Origin: Scyliorhinus canicula
Taxonomy: Eukaryota
Assembly: GCF_902713615.1 (NCBI RefSeq)
Contig: NW_024055484.1
Coordinates: 1-36,653 of the forward strand
Length of the DNA stretch: 36,653 nt
Reading direction: 5' to 3'
The translations under genes and the position numbers were made by a program. This document shows, piece after piece, positions 1 to 11,259 of the stretch; position 1 is the first letter of the stretch; every line of letters starts with the position of its first letter. The notes below the pieces were generated by a model that saw only the letters and a program-made list of their open reading frames with translations, was not told the DNA's origin and ran no database searches.

Positions 1-1213
1 CCACCCAGCCCGTCCTTACCCACAATCTTAAGTGTGTCTCTTGCAGGAAGGCTACGTCCATCCTCAGACTCTAGAAATCGGCGAGGACACTGTACCTCTT
101 CACCGGCCCCTCGAGGGCCCTCACATTCCATGTTACTATCCAGATTGGTGGATGGCCTGGGCCTGCCACCACATCCTGTGGGGTCAACCATACTCACCCT
201 GTGGGCCTGGCCCTGTTCGTCCCGGCCTGCGCTTGCTCACGGGCCATTCAAGATGACCGCCCACTACTTCCTTATTTGCGCCATCTCCACATGTTGTCAG
301 CTGCAACCAGCGACCTCCCCTCCCCACTCTAACCCCCTACCCGCTCTGCTTCACCCACTGTACGGCCTACCCATCTGTTATCCGCTCCTAGTCCCCCTCC
401 CGTTTGGCTTTACCCCCTCCTCGACCACCCCCCTTTTGTTCGTTGATTCCCCCGAAGTTCTGTTTTTCATACCAAGAGATCCCTCCCTCTCGGGCGGCGC
501 CCCGAGGCCTCCTCCTTCCCTGTACCTCGGTACTTCAGCTTGCTCGCCAGTGTAGCGGCTCTCCTAAGAGTTGGGTTCCTCTATTTAGTCTCCGTCTGCC
601 TCTCTCCCCTCCCCCTCTCTCCCCGCCTCTGCCTGTGTTCGCCCTGCCTCTCTCGATGTCTTTCCACCCGCGTTCTGGCCATTGACCTCTATCGTTGGTT
701 GTCCAGTCCATTTGTCTGGACTGGCTTCCTCCGGGGTGTCAATGTAGTGTTCTTTACCCTGGAATGTCACCCACAACTTGCAGGATGGGGGACACCAAGC
801 TGAACCCCACCTTCGAACAGGGTGGCTTTACGCCGTTCCATTCTGCCCAAGTGAGCAGCAATGTCCTGGTGCAGGCGAATGGAATGTCCGTCCCACTTGC
901 CCCCTCTCGCACTCTTCACCCACCTCAGGATCCGCGCCTAGTCCTGGTACCTGTGGAGCCTCACGATTATCGGCCACAGTGGTTTCGCAGCCATGGAAAA
1001 AAGCGACATGTGGGTGCGGTCTACTCCCGGGGGTTTGGCGAAGTCCTCCTCGCCGATCAGTTTCCCGAGCATCGAGGTTGCAGATTTTGTGCAGTTTCTC
1101 CCCTCCATTCCCTGCGGCAGCCCCGCGATTCTCAGGTTTTGCCGACGCGATCGGTTCTCCCAGTCGGCGACTTTATCCTTCAACTTGAAAGATTGTACAG
1201 CTTGTGGTCTCAC
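1..1213 (-). mobile_element. L1-clade LINE, 5' part (degenerate ORF1 and start of ORF2 AP-endonuclease), runs off window edge
   Basis: Minus ORF 938-1213 has the L1 ORF1 motif ENRSRRQNLRIAGLPQGMEG; 585-776 has the ORF1 C-terminus WVTFQGKEHYIDTPEEA; minus 1-140 reads IVTWNVRALEGPVKR...*...DVAFLQETHL (APE N-terminus with an internal stop). Confidence 0.85.
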
Positions 1214-1219
1214 GTAGCG

Positions 1220-2280
1220 GGCCTGTGCATTCCAGCTATATCACCAGGGACGGTGAAGATCAGTAGCATGGAGAAGAAGATGTCGAATAGAGTTTAATCT
1301 CGAACATGGTCCTGTTCACTCAATTATTCACTTACAATCTGCCAGAAGTAGAATCATCAATCTGTACAGTGCAGCACATGTTGTCACGGAAGGCGTGAAT
1401 GGCCTGGGGAACTTTGATGGGCAACCAATTTTTCCCAAAATCTTGTAGTCCCGGCTCTGTTTACAGCATCGAATGTATTAGTGAGATTTATGAAAGTAAG
1501 GTGGAGAGGTATACATGTGTCAGAGGAGGCAGATCATGTCCAGGGTAATTCTTCCGACAGAAACACCACATCTTGCTTTTGGTTACATTCGGTCTGAAAG
1601 AAGATGAAGTATTCAAAGTGTGAACCTAGCAATGGCCTTCCCAGTGATGCTATCAGTGATGCTATGAGTGAGATATGTCTGCAGGTGTTTACAGATAGTG
1701 GTGATGTCTTTGCATCATGTGTCTCCTGTGGAATGGATCATACTTTCTGGCAGAGAAGGAGCAGGCCACAAATGTTCAGAAATATTGTAATCACATACAC
1801 CAATTCTCGTCCATTCACGAATATAAATAATTATATTCACCAATTCGCATCCATTGATACAGTTTGACACAGATTTAAATTGTGTTAAACGATGTGGGCG
1901 TCTCAGGCGAGGTTGTAATTTATTGTGTATCACAATTGCCCCTGAGAACGTGGTGGTGTGCTGCCTGTGTGAAACTCTCCAGACCCCCAGGTTTAGAGGT
2001 GCTGACAGTACTATTAGGGAGTAGTTTCTATACATTTGAACCAGTGAAATTAAAGAAATTACGATACGCCTCCAAGTCGGGATAGTGAGCGATTTTAGGG
2101 TCCGGGAGTTTTCCAGGTGCCGATTCCCATCTGTCAGCTGGCTTTTTCTTCGACAATATAATGGTCCTGTGTGTAGAAGGTGTTTCAAAAGGAGCCTTGT
2201 TACGTTCCTGGAGTGCATCTTGCGGATAATGCAGTGTAGCCATTGTTCGTTGGTGATGGGTGGATTGAATATTTGCACGT
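1220..2280 (-). mobile_element. Degenerate RTE-clade LINE reverse-transcriptase fragment
   Basis: Minus-strand frames give YKILGKIGCPSKF and FDIFFSMLLIF, resembling RTE RT motifs; many stops and frameshifts. Confidence 0.6.
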
Positions 2281-2284
2281 GGGG

Positions 2285-2630
2285 TGACGATCAAGCTTTG
2301 GCCTGGATGATGTTAAGCTTCTCGGAAGTTGTTCAAGCTGCACCCAGCCAGTCAAGTAGAGGTTATTCAGTTACACTCCTGACTTGCAATTCGTGAACAA
2401 GGAAAGCAGAGGGGAGTTATTCACCGCACGTTTCCGAGTCCCGACCGGCTCTTGTAGCCTGAGCATTTAGATGGCCAGAGCAGTTCATTTTCTGGTCAAT
2501 GATAACGACAGCGTTTGGATAGCGAGGGATTCAGCAATGGCAATATCACTAAATGTCATGGGGCAATGGTTACATTCCATTTTGCTGGAGATGGGCATTG
2601 CCTGGCCCTTCTGTAGCGTGAATATTATCA
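2285..2630 (-). mobile_element. L2/CR1-like LINE RT C-terminal fragment
   Basis: cctggatgatgttaagcttctcggaagttgttcaagctgcacc resembles the fragment at about 12955-13010 and the remembered elasmobranch LINE RT C-terminus. Confidence 0.55.
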
Positions 2631-3136
2631 ATTGAAACAATTCACGAAGTTAAATAATTATATTCAATTATCATCAACCAACAAAAATTTAAAAATATAT
2701 TCACCAATTATCGTCGACAAACATAAACTGTTGTATTCACCAATTATTTTCAGCATTTTATTTCATGCAAAATGTAATTGCAATTAATTTAATATAATTT
2801 ATTGAGATTGATCTTTATTAAGATAGCATTGACCATTCTGCCAGTAAGGAATCACATCTGTCCCATAATTCAATGTGAATAGAATTAAACCAGAGCAAGG
2901 ATAATGAGCAGCCACCCAGCAGTCTCTGAGCGATATTGACAAGTAATCGCATCATCGTCACACAGAAACATCAGATCTGTAACTGGATTTTGCGCTGATT
3001 TTTAAAGTTAGCTATACCTAATGTAAATGTAATATCTTTAATGGGCTATAAGTTACACTGTTTGGGAAGTAATTCAACATTTGCAGATGGCCTCTGAGTT
3101 TCACAATATTTCTGTTTTCATGTTAATATGTGTTAG

Positions 3137-3210
3137 CATGGACTTAAGTGGGTCGGTACACACTCGATGGGCCGAATCGCCTCCTTCTGCACTGTATGTT
3201 CTATGTTCAT
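3137..3210 (+). mobile_element. Isolated SINE/CR1 3' tail
   Basis: ctcgatgggccgaatcgcctccttctgcactgtatgttctatg matches the tails of full SINE copies in the window. Confidence 0.7.
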
Positions 3211-3959
3211 ATTATGAGACGTGAGAGGGATCCTCCAGCCGGCTATTGTTGCTAAGACGGGTCAGAGAAGCTGGATACCTCTCCTTTCCTTTGTGATGGG
3301 AGCAGTTCAAATAGGCTCTAAAACCTAAAATTATCTCCAGTATTGTTGCTGGGTAGATTTGTTTATAAATAGTCCTCATTGACAAGTTGACTTGCAGCCA
3401 AGCGGTCAGTACTGAGAAAACAGATCTTTGAAAGAAAATCCAGATGTTTCCTGTAAACAACATTGAACATTCGAGCCTCCCTGACAGCAGGCGGCTGGAT
3501 TGCTGCCAAATACTGTGTGGGACAGATTAGCCTGAATATGAATGGACACAATGGCATTAAGCAATTCGAACATTAAATGTTTCAATCGCACGTTAAGTAA
3601 ACGTTTTAAATTGTGTTGCATCGAAATACATATTTTCAATTAATGTTCTGTTCACTCTGAGATTAAACATGATCGGAAAATAGTGAACTGATCAGATGCT
3701 ATTCCATTTATATTAGTTCTGAGTAAAGGTCACTCTAGTTATTGAAGTCCGTTTGTTAAGAACCTAATGAAGTGAAAGTGAGTGGTATTGATGGACCCAA
3801 TCCACAAGCCTCATCATTTGATTGTAATTACAAAGAAACTTAATTAAATAAAAAGAAAATCATGAATCTGCCTTGAACCCGCCGGAATTCCTGGAATATT
3901 CTCCGAGTTATTTAAGCGGACGCGTCTCTTATGAACTCCCCGCTCTGTACAGTTTAATT

Positions 3960-4250
3960 TGGCAGCACGGTAATACAAGTGATTAGCCCTGTGGCTTCAC
4001 AGGGTCTCAGGTTCGATTCCCTGTTGGGTCACTGTGCAGAGTCTGCACGTGTCTGCATGGGTTTCCTCCGGTTTCTTCCCACAGTCCAAAGACGTGCAGG
4101 TTAGGTGGTTTTGCCTGCTAAATTCCCCCTAGTCAACAAAAAGCTTCGGGAGGGATTTTTGGGTTGCGGGGATAGGGTGCAAGTGATGGCTTAAATGGGT
4201 CGGTGCGGACTCGATGGGCCGAATGGCCTCCTTCTGCAATCTATGTTCTA
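3960..4250 (+). mobile_element. tRNA-derived V-SINE (HE1-like) with CR1-type tail
   Basis: ggcagcacgg head, ggttcgattcc B-box, gggtcactgt...gggtttcctccgg...cccacagtccaaaga core, gactcgatgggccgaatggcctccttctgca tail. Confidence 0.85.
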
Positions 4251-4534
4251 ATTTGTGCTGATTTCCTTTATTTGACAGTCCCGCTCAGAGAAATGACCAG
4301 TTTATGACCTGGTTCCTGCTTCAGTGGAGAATAAAACATTTATTCCTGTGATATTGTGTAATATGCCGCAAAGTCCTGATATCCTGTGTTCCCAACACCA
4401 GTGAATGTTAGACAGCCGGTGGTCAGTAAAATTAGCTGCAATGATTTGGATGCTGAAGGATAACTTTGCTGGTCGCCGTGTCCTTTCTGATTCATTAACT
4501 TCTCTGTCAAAAGGTTTTAAATTTATTTTTGAGT

Positions 4535-4718
4535 TGAAATTTATTTTTCAACTTAAGGGGCACTTTAGTGCGGCCAATCCACCTACGCTGCACATCTTAA
4601 GGTTGTGAGGGTGAGACACACAGGAGAATGTGCAAACTACTGACGGACGGTTACCCGGGACGGGAGTCAATCCCGGATCCTCGGCGCCGTGAGGCAGCTG
4701 GGCAAACCACTGCCGTCC
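4535..4718 (-). mobile_element. V-SINE, short-tail type
   Basis: Reverse-strand core ggccaatccacctacgctgcacatc...ggagaatgtgcaaact. Confidence 0.75.
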
Positions 4719-5444
4719 TTTCTCTGTCAAAACTTCATGTGAATTTTATGTTTCTCTGTCAATTTACTGCTTCATTATCAGGCAAGCGGCTTCTTTTACT
4801 GCGAATGTTCACAGTGTCCTAGGCTCAGGGGGAGTTTGAGAAGTTCCAGGAGCGATATTGCATAATGTGACATTTTTTCGTTTCTACAGACCCACATTGT
4901 ACACGGATAGCCACCTACACTGCAAGAGAATCACTTTGTTCATCTCCCGCATTTGGTTACAGAAATCAAAAAGAAAATTCCACTGATGAATTATACTTTA
5001 TTGCTGTCACGGATTAAAAACTCGCCGTGTTTCAAATCAGACGAACAGGCGACTTATTCACTGTTAACATAGTTGAATTTATTTCTGTTCATCCAATTAT
5101 GTTGAACAGTAGAAAAAAAAGGGACTTAACTTACAATGGAATTCGTTTTTTCACAGTAAAAGATAAATTCATTGCAGACAAAAAACTTGTGACAAAAAAG
5201 ATTATTCTATTATATTAACAGATGCTCAAATGTAATTTCACCATTAGAACCAATGCAGACATTCCAAATTATCCATTCAGACAAATAAATGCCTCAATAC
5301 AGATAAATGCTAACTTTGAACAATAATCTGTAAAAAATCTGAGTCCATTCTGTTGGGGGTGTGGAAGGTGGGACGTGGATCCAGTCGCCGCCTCCACCAG
5401 GGAATCAACAGGCGGCGCCTGGAAAGCCGCCCCCTTCTGCCGGG

Positions 5445-5452
5445 TATTTAAA
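5445..5452 (+). promoter_or_regulatory. TATA-like box of the VH promoter
   Basis: TATTTAAA about 87 nt upstream of the leader ATG, in a locally CpG-rich segment; no ATGCAAAT octamer seen nearby. Confidence 0.55.
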
Positions 5453-5531
5453 TGCCGCTCACTGGGACCCGAATCCAACAGTCCGGGAGCTGGTTTGTTC
5501 ACTGAGTTCCTGACACAACCATTTCCCCCAA

Positions 5532-5589
5532 ATGACCAGAAGGATGCGGTGGGCCATTTCTCTCAGTTTGTTGCTGACTTTCTTATCCC
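5532..5589 (+). pseudogene. IGHV: IgH leader exon 1 (signal peptide MTRRMRWAISLSLLLTFLS; alternative ATG at 5544)
   Basis: Hydrophobic peptide ending in phase 1 at donor GTGAGT (5590); 128-nt intron to tttacAG (5716-5717). Confidence 0.88.
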
Positions 5590-5717
5590 GTGAGTAGTTT
5601 TTATTGTCCAAGTCTCTCACTGTTACTGTCTCAGTGTTAGTCTCTCTCTGGAATGTTCCAGAGTCACCAGTCATTTCACCAGCATTAATCCTCGGGCTTT
5701 TTGATATATTTTTACAG

Positions 5718-6077
5718 GTGTCTAGTCGGATGTTGTGTTGACTCAGCCAGAGGCAGAGACCGGGCGTCCCGGAGGCTCCCTGACACTGACCTGTAAAACC
5801 AGCGGCTTCAGCCTTGGCAGCAACACCATGCATTGGATCCGACAGCTTCCCGGACAGGGGCTGGAGTGGCTGCTTTGGTACGACACTTCTTCCAGCAATG
5901 GCTACGCCGCAGAAATTCAAGATCGATTCACTGCTTCCACAGACACTTCGAACAATATCTTATCTTTGGCCATGACGAACCTGAAGGCCGAAGATACCGC
6001 CATCTATGATTGTACAGTGGACATAGTGGGTGGGATGGACTACTGGGGACAGGGGACCATGGTGACGGTGCCTGCAG
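5718..6077 (+). pseudogene. IGHV: Joined V-D-J exon (leader part 2, VH, CDR3, JH)
   Basis: (R)[50 protein letters not shown]...[29 protein letters not shown] then donor GTAAG at 6078. Conserved Cys, Trp, Cys and WGxG motif present; TAG at 5723-5725; YYC changed to YDC. Confidence 0.95.
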
Positions 6078-6157
6078 GTAAGCACCAGTCAATTATTTCC
6101 AACTGTTTTATTTCAGTCGTAGTTTTATACTTTTTTGTATGTTCACAATTTATTCAG

Positions 6158-6500
6158 GGCAACACGGTTGCGCAGTTGTTAGCTGATATCTCAGGGCGCA
6201 GAGGTCCGAGATTGAAACCCGGCCCCAGGTCACTGTCTGTGTGCAGTTTACACATTCTCTTTTTTAAAAGTAAATTTAGAGTACCCAATTCATTTTTTCC
6301 AATTAAGGGGCAATTTAGCGTGGCCAATCCACCCAGTGTGCATATGGTTGTGTTGTGGGGGCGAAACCCACGCAAGAGTTTACACATTCTCGCCGTGTCT
6401 GCGTGGGTCTCAGCCCCACAACCAAACGATGTGCAGGCTAAATGGATTGGCCATAGTAAAATGCTGCTTGTTTGGAAAAACAATTGGGTACTTTAAATTT
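6158..6500 (+). mobile_element. V-SINE (+) interrupted by an antisense V-SINE (6260-6376)
   Basis: 15-bp direct repeat agtttacacattctc at 6245-6259 and 6377-6391 flanks the inner antisense copy. Confidence 0.8.
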
Positions 6501-6660
6501 AGGAAAACAATTAATTCGTTCACTGAATCGTGGGTTTGGTGATTCTGTATTGGGATTTTGTCGCAATGTTTCATGTGATTCTGATGAAAAAGGTTATAGA
6601 ATTACTCTGCCTCTTGACAAAAGTCGCTGCTCAGGGATTCAGTCCATGGTTGTTGTGATT

Positions 6661-6890
6661 TAAAAAAAAATGTTTTAGAGTATCCAATTCATTTATTTCC
6701 AATTAAGGGGCAATTCAGTATGACCAATCCACCTATGTGCACATCTTTGGGTTTTGGGGGTGAAACCCACGCAAACATGGGGAGAATGTGCAAGCTCCAC
6801 GCGGATGATCACCCAGAGCCAGGATCGAACCTAGGACCTCGGCACTGTGAGGCAACAGGGCTGACCACTGCGCCACCGTGCTGCCCCCGG
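6661..6890 (-). mobile_element. V-SINE, short-tail type
   Basis: ttttagagtatccaattc...ggggcaattcag...gaaacccacgcaaacatggggagaatgtgca...gctgccc. Confidence 0.85.
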
Positions 6891-6899
6891 TTGCTGTGA

Positions 6900-8070
6900 G
6901 TTAGTGTTTATTTGCTGAGGATACTGTGTGGCCGGGTTATTTTAAATACCCAACGCAGCGTTTCTGCAATGTTTAATCTCGGTGACATCTGGTGGCTGCA
7001 AGTTTTACCACCTCCTGCACAAGTGTTAAAAATCGAACCCAACAAAATATGCTGAGGTTTATGTGTTACTTTATTGAACATGTTCTGCGTTTTCACAATG
7101 CTGATGATATTCTTCTAAGTTTCTGTTTAATTATTCATTCATTTTATGACAGGTGGATTTGGTGGCTTCTGGATTGATAATTTCTTAAAACGTTATGTTT
7201 GATTTTGTTGGAAGTGTTTTGAATTGAGCTGCTTCTCCATGAAACGAGTCCCAGGCCTTTGGTGATGTGATTTGGTGGTTTTCTGACGAATAGATTGTAT
7301 CTGGGTGACTTTGAATAAATAAGATGTTTGAAACGGTTTGCCGTTTCTGCATTGTTTCTGCATTGTTCAAACTCGGTGACATTGAGCAGTTCCATGTTTT
7401 TGAATGGAATGTTTGAAGTTGCTTGATGCATGATTGTCGGCAGAAAACAAGCAGGGTTTTAGAGCAGTTTGGACATTAAACTAAGGCAGGGTTCAAGGCG
7501 TTCTTTCTGAACATAAATTATTACTGCAATCGCAGCCTGTGGCTTCTGCAATGTTTCGTCTAGGTGAGATTGATGGTTACAGCTACTGCAAATATTAAGT
7601 GTTTAAATATGTTTAAAATATGGTCCAATATGAATAAAACGCGGTAAACTTTCAATATTTGTTTTGGACACATTGCAGCTCCTCACAATTATATTGCTGT
7701 TATTACAGATTTTTATTTAGTTTGAAAATTGATACATTTGGTGGCGAGCTGGACTCGATGTTGAGATGTTTTTGAAATGTTAAGTTTTATTCTGTTCAAT
7801 GTAGAATTGACCTGCTTCTCCATGAAACGGGGTTCAACTCCTCGATGATGAGTTTGATGTTTAACTGCTGAGGATAATGTGTGTCTGGGTGACTTTGATT
7901 AAGTACAATTTGTGAAGAGGTTTGGAGTTTCTGCATTGTTTATGCTCAGTGATATTAAGCGGTTACATGATTTGTGGTTAAATGCCAACGGTCTACGTGT
8001 TTAAATCTGCTTGAAACACGATTACAGGTAGAAAACAAGCAGGCGTTGGAAATTCAGAATGGAATAAAGG
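6900..8070. repeat. Diverged tandem duplication, two units of ~583 bp, with hints of shorter sub-repeats
   Basis: ttctgcaatgttt 6962/7544; gaattga(g/c)ctgcttctccatgaaacg 7221/7804; ctgggtgactttga 7301/7885; agaaaacaagcagg 7442/8030. Confidence 0.8.
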
Positions 8071-8084
8071 TATATTAGTATTTT

Positions 8085-9580
8085 ATTAACTGACGATTAC
8101 ACGGTAGCATTGTGGATAGCACAATCGCTTCACAGCTCCAGGGTCCCAGATTCGATTCCGGTTTGGGGTCACTGACTGTGCGGAGTCTGCACATCCTCCC
8201 CGTGTGTGCGTGGGTTTCCTCCGGGTGCTCCAGTTTCCTCCGCAAGTCCAAAGATGTGCAGGTTACGTGGATTAGAACAAAGAACAAAGAAAATTACAGC
8301 ACAGGTACAGGCCCTTCGGCCCTCCCAGCCTGCGCCGATCCAGATCCTTTATCTAAACCTGTCTCCTATTTTCCAAGGTCTACTTCCCTCTGTTCCCGCC
8401 CATTCATATAACTGTCTAGATGCTTCTTAAATGATGCTATCATACCCGCCTCTACCACCTCCGCTGGTAAAGTGTTCCAGGCACCCACCACCCTCTGCGT
8501 AAAAAACTTTCCACGCACATCTCCCTTAAACTTTCCCCCTCTCACCTTGAAATCGTGACCCCTTGTAACTGACACCCCCACTCTTGGGAAAAGCTTGTTG
8601 CTATCCCCCTGTCCATACCTCTCATAATTTTGTAGACCTCAATCAGGTCCCCCCTCAACCTCCATCTTTCCAACGAAAACAATCCTAATCTACTCAACCT
8701 TTCTTCATAGCTAGCACCCTCCATACCAGGCAACATCCTGGTGAACCTCCTCTGCACCCTTTCCAAGGCATTCACATCCTTCTGGTAATGTGGCGACCAG
8801 AACTGCACGCAGTATTCCAAACGTGGCCGAACCAAAGTCCTATACAACTGTAACATGACCTGCCAACTCTTGTACTCAATACCCCGTCCGATGAAGGCAA
8901 GCATGCTGTATGCCTTCTTGACCACTCTATCAACCTGCGTTGCCACCTTCAGGAAACAATGGACCGGAACTCCCAGATCTCTCTGCACATCAATTTTCCC
9001 CAAGACCCTTCCATTGATCATATAGTCCGCTCTTGAATTTGATCTTCCAAAATGCATCACCTCGCATTTGCCTGGATGAACTCCATCTGCCATTTCTCTG
9101 CCCAACTCTCCAATCTATCTATATTTTGTTGTATTCTCTGACAGTCCTCCTCGCTATCTGCAACTCCACCAATATTAGTATCATCTGAAAACTTGCTAAT
9201 CAGACCACCTATACCTTCCTCCAGGTCAGTTATGTAGATCACAAACATCAGTGGTCCGAGCACGGATCCCTGTGGAATACCACTAGTCACCCTTCTCCAT
9301 TTTGAGACACATCCTTCCATCACTACTCTCTGTCTCCTGGTGCCCAGCGAGTTCTTTGTCCATCTAGCTAGTACATCCTGAACCCCATACGACTTCACTT
9401 TTTCCATCAACCTGCCATGGGAACCTTATGGACATGATAAATTGCCCTTAGTGTTGGGTGGGGTTTCTGGGTTATGGGGATAGGGTGGAGGTATTAACCT
9501 TGGGTAGGGTGCACTTTCCAGGAGCCGGTGCAGACTCGATGGGCCGAATGGCCTCCTTCTGCCCTGTAAATTCTATGATG
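8085..9580 (+). mobile_element. V-SINE split by a CR1 insertion (5' half 8085-8271, 3' half about 9431-9580)
   Basis: Core breaks at gtgcaggttacgtggatt and resumes at ggacatgataaattgccctt, ending in the ccgaatggcctccttctg tail. Confidence 0.75.
8272..9430 (-). mobile_element. CR1 LINE, 5'-truncated (RT C-terminal half and 3' tail)
   Basis: ORFs 9057-9410 (VTSGIPQGSVLGPLMFVIYITDL...KFSDDT) and 8542-9105 ([20 protein letters not shown]...RLRGDLIEVYKIM); (agaacaa)n tail at about 8272. Confidence 0.92.
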
Positions 9581-10545
9581 ATTAAACCAAAAGATTACGT
9601 CATTCAGAACATAACAATTTACTGCAAGCTCATACTTCTTATTTAACAATTGTTCAAATTGGAGAGTAGTTATTATAATGTGGTAATATAACCCCATATT
9701 ATCCAAAGATGTTTTCATATTAATATAATTAATCAGCAATCGCCTTTCACAATCCTGCTGCGCGCTGCACACTATTTGCATGACCGGAACATTTTCTAGC
9801 CTGAAAATATAATCTAATTGTGCCCGGAACTATTTTAACAATAACATACTGATTCTACACAGGTGTTCAGTTGCACAAGAGATTTTGGATTAATTTTTAG
9901 ATCCCTGATTACGTTTGCAGTTACTTAAATAGGAATTTTATATTTCAGTTTGGCAATTTATGTATCCGGTTATTATATTCTTTCTGTGCAGCCACAACAA
10001 TATGATTCCATATTGTTCACTGTGATTCTTGATTCCTTCAATGCCATTTGTAGATGGATAGTGAGATAATTGTCGCTAATCTAATCATAAACAGTTTTCT
10101 GTGATTTGGAAGTCACTGACAGTGAAGACATTTTTCTAATGATTCTATTTAAATTGCAGGAATGTTTAGACTGCACAGGGCTGGAGATTGACAAGTAACA
10201 GCTTGAAATTCAAACAGATTAATTTAATCAGAAAATGTGAATATGAGCTTTGCAATAATTAACAACAGCCAGTCTGATATAACTGTGCTGTACACAGTAT
10301 AGAATTATAGTAAAAACAAGTGACAGAATAAAGAAAAGATCATATCTGATTCTCAAGCTTATTTATATTGAATATTAAATTAAACAACAAAATATCTGCT
10401 CCATTTGCTTATTATGTTTCAGTTTTGGAGAGGATCTGAATGAACAATTTTAACTGTGTTTTACACAGATTAATTTTGGATCTCCTTTCATTGAGCAGCA
10501 GTTTTAATAATTCAGTTGTCGGGATTGTCAAAATTATTGTCAGAA

Positions 10546-10590
10546 ATACACACACACACACACATTATATATATATAGATAGATATACAT
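10546..10590. repeat. Compound (CA)n(TA)n(GATA)n microsatellite
   Basis: acacacacacacacattatatatatatagatagata. Confidence 0.85.
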
Positions 10591-11259
10591 ACTTTATGTA
10601 TCCGAGCTGAAAGTAAGATATATTTATGTATATATAAAGAGCGAGACGCTTATAGATTTATCGTGCGAATTAGACTCTGTGAATAGATGGAATTCAATGA
10701 GTTCAGAAATATTCATATTTCACATTTTTGCAGGTTCAAACAGGACGATTATTACCAAAAAGTAAAATGTAAAAATGTTATTAGATTTAATTTAAAATAT
10801 CCTGGTCTGAATGTTTCCATCCGGTTATTTGAGGTTTATTGTTTAGCATTGCTTGACATTTAATTAAACGCAATTTATAAGCAAAGTTCCAGGCAAGATC
10901 TCGCTTTGAATTATATAAATTTTTCATTTTTTTATTATAGAGTGCAAATCATCCAACAAGGCTAACTGGCAATTAAAAACAACGTGCAATGCAATGACAG
11001 TTCGAACAAATCAAACATAAATGCTACAGTTCAGCTTTTAGAGAAATTTTTATTGTATCCAAAATGAATTTAGAAAGCAATACATTTCTGTGCTCAGGCC
11101 GATGATGTTCTTTGTCTCGATTATTTTGTGGTTACATTCACTTAAGAAATTGTGTCAATCAGGTAATCGGGTTACTCTTTTGTTTGTTTGTTTCATATCT
11201 CCGAATCTTTATCAATGACGTTAAACTGAATGCAATCTGTTATCGTCAATCGGAACAGG

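Noticed and set aside
3960-4030. tRNA genes at SINE heads
   Set aside because: A/B boxes run into SINE bodies; no complete cloverleaf could be supported.
6013-6019. TACAGTG resembling an RSS heptamer right after the V Cys codon
   Set aside because: The critical first C is missing and no nonamer lies 12 or 22-23 nt downstream (that position is JH coding sequence).
5735-6496. 253-aa ORF as a stand-alone protein
   Set aside because: It starts at an internal GTG and reads through the JH splice donor into intronic SINE sequence.
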